Virus record (IMG/VR): IMGVR_UViG_3300042321_002898
Location: 1-52,400 of that record
Direction: 5' to 3' (one strand)
Source: a virus
Taxonomy: Duplodnaviria; Caudoviricetes
DNA: 52,400 nucleotides
Positions within the stretch are counted from its first letter, which is position 1; each line of letters starts with the position of its first letter. This document shows positions 26,852 to 35,359 of this stretch, one piece after another. Position numbers and translations under genes: made by a program. The notes below the pieces were generated by a model. That model ran no database searches. It was given only the letters and a program-made list of their open reading frames with translations, and had not been told where the DNA came from.

Positions 26852-27328
26852 ATGAGCCCACATCTTAGACCCACCATCGACGAATACGCGATGCTCCTTG
26901 CCTCCGCCGCTGCCCTCCGTTCCGAGGATCCCAGTCGCAAGGTCGGAGCCGTTGCGCTCGACCATGAGAACCGCGTCATTGCCACAGCCTACAACGGACT
27001 CCCATCTGGATGGGACGTCGCCGACGACTGGTGGCAGAACAACGAGCAGCGCCGCAAGTTTGTCGTGCACGCCGAGTCCAATCTTTGCAGCCTGACTCAC
27101 CGAGGCGCAGTCAGGACCGTTGCCTGCACGACGATCCCGTGCGGTCCCTGCGCGCTCAATCTCATCGCGCACGGCGTGAAGCGCGTCGTCTACGGTCTGA
27201 CCTATCCGCGCGACGTCGCCGGCATGGAGATCCTCGACGAATACGGCGTCGAACTGATCCACATGCCACTCATTCACATCAAGAGCTACATTGCTCGCCT
27301 CGCCGATTCCCATGAACTCCCAGGTTGA
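26852..27328 (+). CDS. dCMP deaminase
   Basis: RSEDPSRKVGA, AYNGLPSG, VHAESN and PCGPC zinc-deaminase motifs. Confidence 0.9.
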   Translation: MSPHLRPTIDEYAMLLASAAALRSEDPSRKVGAVALDHENRVIATAYNGLPSGWDVADDWWQNNEQRRKFVVHAESNLCSLTHRGAVRTVACTTIPCGPCALNLIAHGVKRVVYGLTYPRDVAGMEILDEYGVELIHMPLIHIKSYIARLADSHELPG

Positions 27329-28475
27329 TCACACGTCACGAGGCCACTCGCGCATCAGTCCGTCAAGGCTGAAGCCGCTGCAGATCTGCCCCGGCTACGA
27401 GTCCGACGACACGCCGTCTGCGGCAGCCGCTCGCGGAACCACGCTGCACGAGGTCATGGACACCGGCAAGATTCCTGCCACGCTGCCAGACGAAGACCGC
27501 GAGGTCGCAGAACAGACGCTCGCCCTGCTTGCCGATGCCGAGAGTCAGTCACCCTATGAGCCCCTCAAGGAGGTCGAGCTCGACTTTCGACCCCTCAAGT
27601 TCCGTGACTTCGACAAGGGGCACGCCGACCGCGTGATCGTGCTCGAGGCCGATGCCGACCATGAGCCCGTGTCCGTCGAGCTGATCGACTTCAAATTTGG
27701 AAGATGGGAAGTCGACCACGTGTCTGAGAACATCCAGTTTCGCGCCTACGCCCTCGGTCTGTTCATCTTGTTTCCGACCATCGAGAAGATCCGAGTCCGC
27801 CTGATTCAGCCGGCCCTGAAGGTCGACGACACGCATCTCTTCACCCGCAAGAAGGACTACGAGGTCATCGTGTCGCAGGTCGGAGCAATTGTTCGTCGCC
27901 GCCACCGGTGGCTGGAGACACAGGACGAGTCGATGCTCCGTCCGCATCCAGACATCTGCGGCTTCTGTGCCCGCCAGGCCAGCTGCTCGGCGTGGCAGAG
28001 CTATATGGTCAAGCTCGCCAACGACGCAGACCTGTTTGGCCACGAGATCGCGCCTCTCACGAGTCTCGAGTCGCCAGAGACCGCAGATCCTGAGGAGGTC
28101 GTCAGGGCGTTTCGCTGGGTCAAGCCCATGGAGGACTATCTCAAGAAGTTCAAGCGCTTTGTGCTCGCAGTCCACGACGCGGGTCGTCTCTCCGAGGGAG
28201 TCACGATCGTCGAGAAATCTGGCGACACCTCGATCGTCGATCCCATTGCCGCGGCAAAACTCTTGGAGTCTGAATTTGGCGTCACGTTTGACGAGTTCTT
28301 GTCGGCATGTGATGTCTCGGTCACAAAGATCAAGCAGCTTGTCGGCCAACACGCAAAGACCGGAGAAAAGGGCGGCATGCAGTCGCTCGCGGTCGACCGG
28401 CTCCACGAGACCGGACTAATCCAGCACGGCGCCAGAGTGCGCTATGCACAACTCAGCAGGGGGAAAAAATCATGA
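27312..28475 (+). CDS. PD-(D/E)XK exonuclease (Cas4/DUF2800-like)
   Basis: HSRISPS..CPG, GTTLHE, GHAD, IDFKFG, QFRAYALG and CGFC...C. Confidence 0.85.
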   Translation: MNSQVDHTSRGHSRISPSRLKPLQICPGYESDDTPSAAAARGTTLHEVMDTGKIPATLPDEDREVAEQTLALLADAESQSPYEPLKEVELDFRPLKFRDFDKGHADRVIVLEADADHEPVSVELIDFKFGRWEVDHVSENIQFRAYALGLFILFPTIEKIRVRLIQPALKVDDTHLFTRKKDYEVIVSQVGAIVRRRHRWLETQDESMLRPHPDICGFCARQASCSAWQSYMVKLANDADLFGHEIAPLTSLESPETADPEEVVRAFRWVKPMEDYLKKFKRFVLAVHDAGRLSEGVTIVEKSGDTSIVDPIAAAKLLESEFGVTFDEFLSACDVSVTKIKQLVGQHAKTGEKGGMQSLAVDRLHETGLIQHGARVRYAQLSRGKKS

Positions 28476-28753
28476 GCAGAGAAGAGGCAATGCAAAAATT
28501 TCACGAGGTGCTGCACGAGATGCTGCCAGAACTGGGAGTCATCACCGAGGACACCGACATGCTCGACGACCTCGGTCTGCTCGATCTCGACCTCATCGAG
28601 GTGCAGCTCATGCTCGAGGAAAAATTTTCGATCCAGCTCGACGACGCGGACACTGATGCCATTGGCATCGGCAACTACCGAGTCGGCGACTGGCTCGACA
28701 GGATCATGACGATCCGAACACAGCAAGAACAACAAACCAAGAAAACCAAATAA
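28472..28753 (+). CDS. Acyl-carrier-protein-like protein lacking the phosphopantetheine serine
   Basis: Acidic 93 aa; ITEDTDMLDDLGLLDLDLIEVQLMLEEKFSIQLDD aligns with ACP [20 protein letters not shown]. Confidence 0.75.
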   Translation: MSREEAMQKFHEVLHEMLPELGVITEDTDMLDDLGLLDLDLIEVQLMLEEKFSIQLDDADTDAIGIGNYRVGDWLDRIMTIRTQQEQQTKKTK

Positions 28754-28754
28754 A

Positions 28755-29714
28755 ATGGCACTGATACAGAAACTGTCTCTCCGTCGCAAGACGGCCGAGA
28801 CTCCCAAGACATCCGACGCGCCCGTCGCCGAGGAAACACCAGTCGAGACACCCGAGGTGTCCGAAACACCGCAGCCCGCTGCACAGCCCGCGAAGCGCCT
28901 GATCACCAAGAAGGCACTTGCCCCGGAACCCGATGAAGACATCATCGAGGCCGAGGTCGAGCCGGCTCCCGCGCCATCGAAGAAACTGGCGACTCGCCAG
29001 CCCATCATCGAGGCAGACGAGGACGATGTCGCATCCGAGACGGCCGTCGTGTCCTACCGCCCCATGGCGATGGGTCAGATCGACGGAGCCATCTCCGAGC
29101 GCGATCTCATGCGCCCGCGCGTCAACATGGTGCAGTCCAACAGCTCGGATCTCGAGTCGAAGGGTTTCACCGTCGGACAGATCGTCGTCAATGGCGAGGT
29201 CCTCGTGTGGGACAAGGGCTACGACCCGCTCAACCTGATCCTCATGACCGGGCGCAAGAAGTTCATCCAGCGCCTGACCGATGAAGAATACAAGGATGGC
29301 GTCACCCCGATGATCTTCGACTCGCCAAAGGACGCGGAGAGCGCCGGATTCTCGACCAACTGGGACGGCAAGGAACCTCCCACGGCCGACCCGGGACTGT
29401 TCTGCCTCTTCCTGCTCGAGCAGCCCGAATACATCGAGCCAGACCCGATCTTCAGCCTCGAGCACGCGGAGCGCAAGTTCTGTCTGGCCGAGATGAAGTT
29501 CACCGGCGTCAACTATCGTGCGGCCACGGCGGCGCGCTGGCTGATGACTCAGTCGCAGACCAGCCTGATCCCCGATACCCGCATGTTCATGCTCGGACTC
29601 ACCTGCAGCCGTGAGAAGCAGAAGTCCGGCAACATCGTGACCGTGGCCAACTTCAAGAATCTCGGACGCCACAAGGATCCGGGCTTCGCCGAGTGGGTCC
29701 TCAGTCTGGGATAA
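28755..29714 (+). CDS. Putative ssDNA-binding / recombination protein
   Basis: Acidic Pro-rich N-terminus, then PRVNMVQSNS; sits between the nuclease and PolA, the usual SSB slot. Confidence 0.5.
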   Translation: MALIQKLSLRRKTAETPKTSDAPVAEETPVETPEVSETPQPAAQPAKRLITKKALAPEPDEDIIEAEVEPAPAPSKKLATRQPIIEADEDDVASETAVVSYRPMAMGQIDGAISERDLMRPRVNMVQSNSSDLESKGFTVGQIVVNGEVLVWDKGYDPLNLILMTGRKKFIQRLTDEEYKDGVTPMIFDSPKDAESAGFSTNWDGKEPPTADPGLFCLFLLEQPEYIEPDPIFSLEHAERKFCLAEMKFTGVNYRAATAARWLMTQSQTSLIPDTRMFMLGLTCSREKQKSGNIVTVANFKNLGRHKDPGFAEWVLSLG

Positions 29715-29763
29715 ACATTTGGGTGACCGGGCGTCCTCTTTGCAGTGGCGCGCCCGGCAGCTC

Positions 29764-30477
29764 ATGACACCCGCGCTGGCAGACCGCGGCCAAAACGTCT
29801 GCCCCACTTTCATGCTTCTTCCGCATCTTCCATTTCATGTCCACCGTGTCCTCGTGACCGACTGCGAGTTCAAGAAGAACCGCCAGCCGATCGGGGTCAT
29901 CTACAGGTTCCTCGCGAACCTCACCGACGTCGCGACGATTCCCCGTCTCGACGTCACCAATGTCATCATCGGGGGACCGACGACCAGGTCTGAGCCATGG
30001 ATCTGGCGGGCCGCCGCCGAGAATCCGGCCGTCTGCGTCTCTGTCGAGGAGACCTCCGACGCCGGCGCGACTTCTCTCGAGGCCGAGGCCCGCAAGGCCT
30101 GGCAGTCGATGGCCGAAGAGTTTCAGCGCCGCGGACACTGGATGTCGCTCATTGGACTCCATGAGGACATCGTCATGCGGGCCGCCGAGCCGTTCCATCT
30201 GCGCGCCATCGAGATCCGCACGATGCATGACGACATGCTTGCTCGCATGTTCGCGACCGGCTCTGCCGAGATCGCCAGAGTCGCGTCGATGCTGCACTCG
30301 ATCGAAGAAAAACAGCAGGACCGCGAGCCAGAATTCAAGAGCACGCTTCAGCGCTTCATGTGGCCCATCGAGGACGAGATTCCAGACTGGGCCCAGAGCA
30401 GATATGACGAGGCACTTGCCGGAGGCTACACCGTCCTGCAGAGCCGCTTCGCGCCACAGGAGGAGATGAGCGAATGA
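29764..30477 (+). CDS. Hypothetical protein, possibly a degenerate 5'-3' exonuclease domain
   Basis: QPIGVIYRFLANL resembles Pol I/FEN 'P.navyGF..mL'; overlaps the PolA start; start codon uncertain. Confidence 0.45.
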   Translation: MTPALADRGQNVCPTFMLLPHLPFHVHRVLVTDCEFKKNRQPIGVIYRFLANLTDVATIPRLDVTNVIIGGPTTRSEPWIWRAAAENPAVCVSVEETSDAGATSLEAEARKAWQSMAEEFQRRGHWMSLIGLHEDIVMRAAEPFHLRAIEIRTMHDDMLARMFATGSAEIARVASMLHSIEEKQQDREPEFKSTLQRFMWPIEDEIPDWAQSRYDEALAGGYTVLQSRFAPQEEMSE

Positions 30478-32243
30478 CTCGAGACCACGTCGCCGTCGAC
30501 TTTGAGAGCAGCTTCTTTCCCAAGAAGAGGATCGGGCTGCGCGACATGGGTGTCGACCAGTATCTCCGGCATCCCGACGTCGAGATCTATCTCGTGGCAG
30601 TCCATGCTGAGGAGGGCTCGTTTGTCGGCCATCCATCAGAGTTTGACTGGGAGTCGATCAATGACCGAACCTGGGTCAGCCACAACGCCGCATTCGACTG
30701 GCGCGTCTGGCGACGCCATCAGGAACTCCACCCAGAGGTCGGAAATGTTCGTCCCGCGGAATGGCACTGCACGGCAAATCTGTCCTGCTGGCTCGGTCAT
30801 CCCAGAGATCTCAAGAAGGCCTGCATGGCGATGTTCAACGTCGACGTGTCGAAGGATGCCCGCAAGAAGATGGAGAACAAGACCTACCGAGAACTGCGGG
30901 CGAGTCCCGACTGGCGAGAGGTTGTCGAGTATGCCGAGCGCGACGCCGAGTGGTGCTGGAAGATCTGGGAGTCCCACGCGCATCTGTGGCCAGACGCCGA
31001 GAAGAAGATCAGCCTTATGACCACCCTGCAGTGCCTGCGTGGACTTCCCGCCGATCGCGAGTATCTCGACCGGTCGATCCAGACGCTCGACCGCGCCTGC
31101 TGGGAGGCCCGTAACCTTCTGCCCTGGGCCAACGGAAAGGCCGAGGAGCGTGCCGTTCTCTCTCCGATTGCCGTCGCCGAGGAGTGTCGCAAGCTCGGAA
31201 TCACGCCACCCAAGTCGCTCGCTGAGGACTCGACCGACTGTCAGCGATGGGAGGACGAGCATCCCGAGATCCCGTGGGTGCGCGAGATGCGCCGGTATCG
31301 CAAGGCCAATCTTCTCATGACCAAGCTCATGACGATGCGTGACCGCATCCGCCCAGACGGCCGGATCGACTTCAGTCAGAAATACTGCGGAGCCCACACC
31401 AAGCGCACCAGCGGAGACCAGGGTTTCAATGTCCAGGGATTTCAGCGAGATCCGTTCGAGGGAGTCGACATGCGCCGCGCCATCCACGCGATGCACGGCG
31501 GCCAGATCGTGATTGCCGACCTGGCACAGATCGAACCGCGGACCCTTGCCTGGCTCGTCAACGATGAGCGCAAGATCGAGATGATCAACCGTGGCATCTC
31601 GGTCTACCAGGTCCACGCGATTCAGACACTCAACTGGAAGGGCGCCAGCCTGAAGAAGGAGGATCCCAACCTCTATGCGATGTGCAAGATGCGTGTCCTT
31701 GGTCTTTCTTACGGCTGCGGCGCCGAGCGCTTTGTCGATTACTGCTGGAACCAGTATGGCCACCGAATCTCTCTCAGAGACGCCAAGCTGCAGGTCGGCG
31801 ACTTCCGCCGCAAGGAGCGACTCATCGTGGATTTCTGGAACCGCATCCAGCGCCGGTTCGAGACGTCCGTTGGCCAGGACCTCGAGATCGACCTGCCGTC
31901 ATGGAACACGATGCGCTACCGCGACGTCCGCCGCGACAAGGGGCAGCTCACCGCCACCCTGGCGACCGGCCGGGTCAACCGCATGTGGGGAAGTCTTGGA
32001 GTGGAAAACATCATCCAGGCGACGGCCCGCGACTGCTTTTATGAGAAGCTTCTCAAGATCGAGGAGGCCGGAATCCCGACTCTCTTCGCCGTGCACGACG
32101 AGGTCGTGACCGACGAGATTCCCGCCGACCAAGTCGACGACGCCCTCGAGACAGTCAGAGAGATCATGGCCCAGGAATGTGAATGGATGCCAGGAATCGC
32201 TCTCGATTCGGAGGCCCACGCGAGCCCGCACTATCTCAAATGA
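30474..32243 (+). CDS. polA: DNA polymerase family A with 3'-5' exonuclease
   Basis: ExoI VDFES, ExoII HNAAFD, ExoIII YAERD; motif A ADLAQIEPR, motif B KMRVLGLSYG, motif C VHDEVV. Confidence 0.93.
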   Translation: MTRDHVAVDFESSFFPKKRIGLRDMGVDQYLRHPDVEIYLVAVHAEEGSFVGHPSEFDWESINDRTWVSHNAAFDWRVWRRHQELHPEVGNVRPAEWHCTANLSCWLGHPRDLKKACMAMFNVDVSKDARKKMENKTYRELRASPDWREVVEYAERDAEWCWKIWESHAHLWPDAEKKISLMTTLQCLRGLPADREYLDRSIQTLDRACWEARNLLPWANGKAEERAVLSPIAVAEECRKLGITPPKSLAEDSTDCQRWEDEHPEIPWVREMRRYRKANLLMTKLMTMRDRIRPDGRIDFSQKYCGAHTKRTSGDQGFNVQGFQRDPFEGVDMRRAIHAMHGGQIVIADLAQIEPRTLAWLVNDERKIEMINRGISVYQVHAIQTLNWKGASLKKEDPNLYAMCKMRVLGLSYGCGAERFVDYCWNQYGHRISLRDAKLQVGDFRRKERLIVDFWNRIQRRFETSVGQDLEIDLPSWNTMRYRDVRRDKGQLTATLATGRVNRMWGSLGVENIIQATARDCFYEKLLKIEEAGIPTLFAVHDEVVTDEIPADQVDDALETVREIMAQECEWMPGIALDSEAHASPHYLK

Positions 32244-32422
32244 ACCCAAACCACAACACCAAGAAGTCACCCGACATCGATGAGGTCAACATGCGCGACA
32301 TGCTTGTCATGTTCTGCGCCGCCGGAATCCTGTCGGGCAAGATCAGCGTCAACCCAACCAAGGCCATTGATCTCGCGATCGAGGCGGCCGACCACTACCT
32401 GGAAAAAAGGGCCCAGTCATGA
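32240..32422 (+). CDS. Hypothetical protein (60 aa)
   Basis: MRDMLVMFCAAGILS...AIEAADHYLEKR, a common small phage-protein pattern; ATGA overlaps. Confidence 0.6.
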   Translation: MNPNHNTKKSPDIDEVNMRDMLVMFCAAGILSGKISVNPTKAIDLAIEAADHYLEKRAQS

Positions 32423-32910
32423 CCGAACCAAGATCACTCCCAGATCCGCTGCCGCACTTCACCGTCATGGCCGTGCCCTATGATCCGATCACCCGAATGG
32501 TCGCGATGATGTGGCGCGGCGACCGCGTCCGCTCTGCCAAGAACTGCCTGTCGACCCCGGCGGGACTTCTTGAGCACGGCGAACCGTTCGAGGAGGGTCT
32601 TCTTCGTGAGCTCCGCGAGGAGATGGCGATCGAGCCAGACAACTGCTTCCGTGTCGAGTTTCAGACGATCTATCGCAATGACAATGGAGATGGCCTGGAC
32701 TGGGTGATCGGCATATGGTCAGTCGCCGTCCGTGATCTCCGGCTCGTCGCCCGCAACGTCGAGCCAGACAAGCACGACTACCTGGTCTTCATGCATCTCG
32801 ACGATCTCGCCTCACCCAATCCCATGCTTGACGGAAAGCCGGCGATGTTCGCGAGCTCTCTTCAGCCAGTTCTCAGGACCGTCGCCAAGCGCCTGATCCA
32901 GACCCTATGA
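32419..32910 (+). CDS. Nudix hydrolase
   Basis: Nudix box AGLLEHGEPFEEGLLRELREEMAI and EPDKH. Confidence 0.88.
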   Translation: MTEPRSLPDPLPHFTVMAVPYDPITRMVAMMWRGDRVRSAKNCLSTPAGLLEHGEPFEEGLLRELREEMAIEPDNCFRVEFQTIYRNDNGDGLDWVIGIWSVAVRDLRLVARNVEPDKHDYLVFMHLDDLASPNPMLDGKPAMFASSLQPVLRTVAKRLIQTL

Positions 32911-33593
32911 AGCGCCACCCGATCATTGTCCTCGAGGGACCCGATGCCGTCGGTAAGACGACGTGGGGACGCGAATACATGCGTCAGACCGGGGCCCGCT
33001 ACCTGCACCTGCCGCTGCGCAAGAGAATGTATGAGCACCAGGCGATGTCCCTTGCCCTGGCAGTCCACTGGTCAATCGAGAAGCCCGTCCTGATCGACAG
33101 ACACTGGCCTTCGGAGCAGCTGTATGCGGCCGCCTACCGTGGCGGATCTCCGCTCGTTGCCGAGGCGGCCGTGCTCGACCAGATCATGTCGTGCCTCGGG
33201 GTCACTTACGTCGTCTGCCTGCTCTCGAGCCCCGAACGGATGTTCGAGTCGCTGCGCCGTTCTCGAAAAGAGCGTCATGAGATGTATGAGCCAGACGACC
33301 GCTACCGCGACCTGGTCTGCGGCTATTTCGACTGGTGGCACGGAACCGACCACACCGCGACCAATCTCGGCCACTGCGAGACACTACGTGGATTCGGCAA
33401 CGCCCGTCCCCTGATGGCGCACCTCTATGACTACGAACAGATGGGACAGACGTCTCATGACATGTCCATGCACGTCCAGGACGTTCAGGACATCGCTTCT
33501 GCCATGCTCGAGGCCACCGACTTCAACGTGCAGGCCGAGGACCTGGTCCGCGACCGCATGCTTCTTCTCAACGAACTGAATCTCATCAAATGA
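32907..33593 (+). CDS. dNMP (thymidylate-like) kinase
   Basis: IVLEGPDAVGKTT P-loop and LIDRHWPSEQLY. Confidence 0.85.
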   Translation: MKRHPIIVLEGPDAVGKTTWGREYMRQTGARYLHLPLRKRMYEHQAMSLALAVHWSIEKPVLIDRHWPSEQLYAAAYRGGSPLVAEAAVLDQIMSCLGVTYVVCLLSSPERMFESLRRSRKERHEMYEPDDRYRDLVCGYFDWWHGTDHTATNLGHCETLRGFGNARPLMAHLYDYEQMGQTSHDMSMHVQDVQDIASAMLEATDFNVQAEDLVRDRMLLLNELNLIK

Positions 33594-34447
33594 ACAACGA
33601 CAAGATCCCAAAGACCGCCACCGAGGCGTGGCTTCAGCTCATCGCAGACGTGTCTCTCAACGGCCGTCGATACAGTCCACGCGGCATGCCGGTCCGCGAG
33701 ATCATCAACAACACGGTGGCAGTCGACATGGCCTTTCCGGTCGTTTTGACAAAGAAGCGCCGGCTGAGCTACCGCTTCATGGCGGCCGAGGCCTGGTGGA
33801 TTCTTGCCGGCCGCCGCGACGTCGAATCGATCGGACGATACTGCTCGGCGATCAAGAAGTTTTCCGACGACGGGGAGACATTCTTTGGGGCCTACGGACC
33901 CAAGATCGCGCGGCAGGTCGAATACATCGTGAACACGCTCAAGAGAGACCGCGACACGCGCCAGGCAGTTCTCACGATATGGAGAGAGAATCCGCCGCAC
34001 ACGAAGGACGTGCCCTGCACGGTGGCAGTCCAGTGGCTGATCCGCGACGGACTGCTCCACTGCGTCGACACGATGCGTTCAAGTGACGTCTGGCTCGGGT
34101 TTCCGTATGATGTCTTCAACTTCTCGATGCTGTCGTGGCACATTCTCGAGGCGCTGCGCGACGAGGGCATGGACCTCCAGCTCGGCACCCTGCATCTCAA
34201 CGCCGGATCTCATCACATCTATGAGAAGGATCTCGAGACCCTTTCCGGTTGGCACAACCACGACTGGTCAGAGGGACATGACTTTGATGCCGTCGCCGGC
34301 CACCGGATCGAGCATGGCTTTGTTTACGGCTACCTCGCCGCGATTATCGGTGAGTATTCTGTCACCCCAAATCTCAACGAGCCTCATGGATTTTTCAAGT
34401 CTTTTGAGGATCGTCTCCTGAACACAAACAACCAACCCACAAAATAA
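33590..34447 (+). CDS. Thymidylate-synthase-family enzyme, probably dCMP hydroxymethylase/methylase
   Basis: GAYGP, DTRQAV, catalytic PCT, MRSSDVWLGFPYDVFNF and GSHHIYE; Asp at the site that is Asn in dUMP-specific thymidylate synthases. Confidence 0.8.
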   Translation: MNNDKIPKTATEAWLQLIADVSLNGRRYSPRGMPVREIINNTVAVDMAFPVVLTKKRRLSYRFMAAEAWWILAGRRDVESIGRYCSAIKKFSDDGETFFGAYGPKIARQVEYIVNTLKRDRDTRQAVLTIWRENPPHTKDVPCTVAVQWLIRDGLLHCVDTMRSSDVWLGFPYDVFNFSMLSWHILEALRDEGMDLQLGTLHLNAGSHHIYEKDLETLSGWHNHDWSEGHDFDAVAGHRIEHGFVYGYLAAIIGEYSVTPNLNEPHGFFKSFEDRLLNTNNQPTK

Positions 34448-34453
34448 AACGTC

Positions 34454-35311
34454 ATGGCAAACAAAAGAGGAAAAACCGTAGACACGACATTCTTGTCGCT
34501 CGACACCGCCGAGAAACGCGGATTTCTGCACCGAGATTACATCGCCCACTGTCTGAGGTGGAGCCACATCATGCGCCGCCTGTCCGAGGGCAAGGCGTAT
34601 GCCGAGGCGACCATTCTCGACGTCGGCTGCGGCCGTGAGCTCCCGATGGCAAAGACGCTCTACAGCTCTCGCTACATCCCGAAGCGCTACATTGGGATCG
34701 ATGTCGGACCGATCCTCGACGAGGCCATCCAGGTGTTCCACTCGGGCAAGTTCCCGCTCGAGGTCTACGAGAAGACTGACATCTGCGAGGCGACCGACGA
34801 GTTCGCGAACCAGGTCGACATCATTGTGTGCCTCGAGGTCCTTGAGCATGTCGAACCAAGCCACATGCTCCGCATGCTCGACTCGTTCAGAGAGATGCTG
34901 AAGAAGGGCGGCCGGGCGTTCATCTCGACCCCCTGCTGGGACGTCAAGACCTGCGCCGACAACCACGTCAACGAGATGCGCCACGAGACTCTCGGGGCCG
35001 TCTTCGAGCGCGAGGGCTGGATGATCCAGGCCGTCCACGGCACCTTCGCCTCAATCAAGGACTACAAGGAAGAATTCACGCCCGCCCAGCGCGAAATCTT
35101 CGAGCGTCTTCGTGGCTACTACGACACCAACTACCTGGCCACGATCTTTGCCCCGATGTTTCCGCGGCAGTCTCGCAACTGCATCTGGGAGATTGTCGAC
35201 TCTGGGAAGAATCCCGAGCTCGTGGAGTCCTACGAGTGCCAGTATCCCGAGATCGCGGAGGTCCCGGAGCCCTGGGGGTCGTCAGAAAACTGGAAAGAAC
35301 TCGCTCGGTGA
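34454..35311 (+). CDS. Class I SAM-dependent methyltransferase (small-molecule type, not a DNA MTase)
   Basis: ILDVGCG, YIGIDV, DIIVCLEVLEHV and LKKGGRAFISTP; no DPPY/NPPY or C5-MTase motif set. Confidence 0.85.
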   Translation: MANKRGKTVDTTFLSLDTAEKRGFLHRDYIAHCLRWSHIMRRLSEGKAYAEATILDVGCGRELPMAKTLYSSRYIPKRYIGIDVGPILDEAIQVFHSGKFPLEVYEKTDICEATDEFANQVDIIVCLEVLEHVEPSHMLRMLDSFREMLKKGGRAFISTPCWDVKTCADNHVNEMRHETLGAVFEREGWMIQAVHGTFASIKDYKEEFTPAQREIFERLRGYYDTNYLATIFAPMFPRQSRNCIWEIVDSGKNPELVESYECQYPEIAEVPEPWGSSENWKELAR

Positions 35312-35320
35312 AGTCGGCAT

Positions 35321-35359
35321 TTCACAGCGACAGCCAGCCAACCTACAATCGAGCACGTC
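35321..35359 (+). promoter_or_regulatory. Repeated phage promoter
   Basis: TTCACA-17(gcgacagccagccaacc)-TACAAT-10 nt-ATG. Confidence 0.7.

Noticed and set aside
27312-28475. Cas4 as part of a CRISPR-Cas system
   Set aside because: No cas1/cas2 or array; stand-alone Cas4-like nucleases are routine in phage replication modules.
33590-34447. Ordinary thymidylate synthase (thyA)
   Set aside because: The specificity residue is Asp (PYD) rather than Asn (PFN), and the kinase/Nudix context fits base modification; not excluded without an assay.
34454-35311. DNA methyltransferase of a restriction-modification system
   Set aside because: Lacks N6/N4 (DPPY/NPPY) and C5 (PC-ENV) motif sets; the pattern is that of small-molecule class I methyltransferases.
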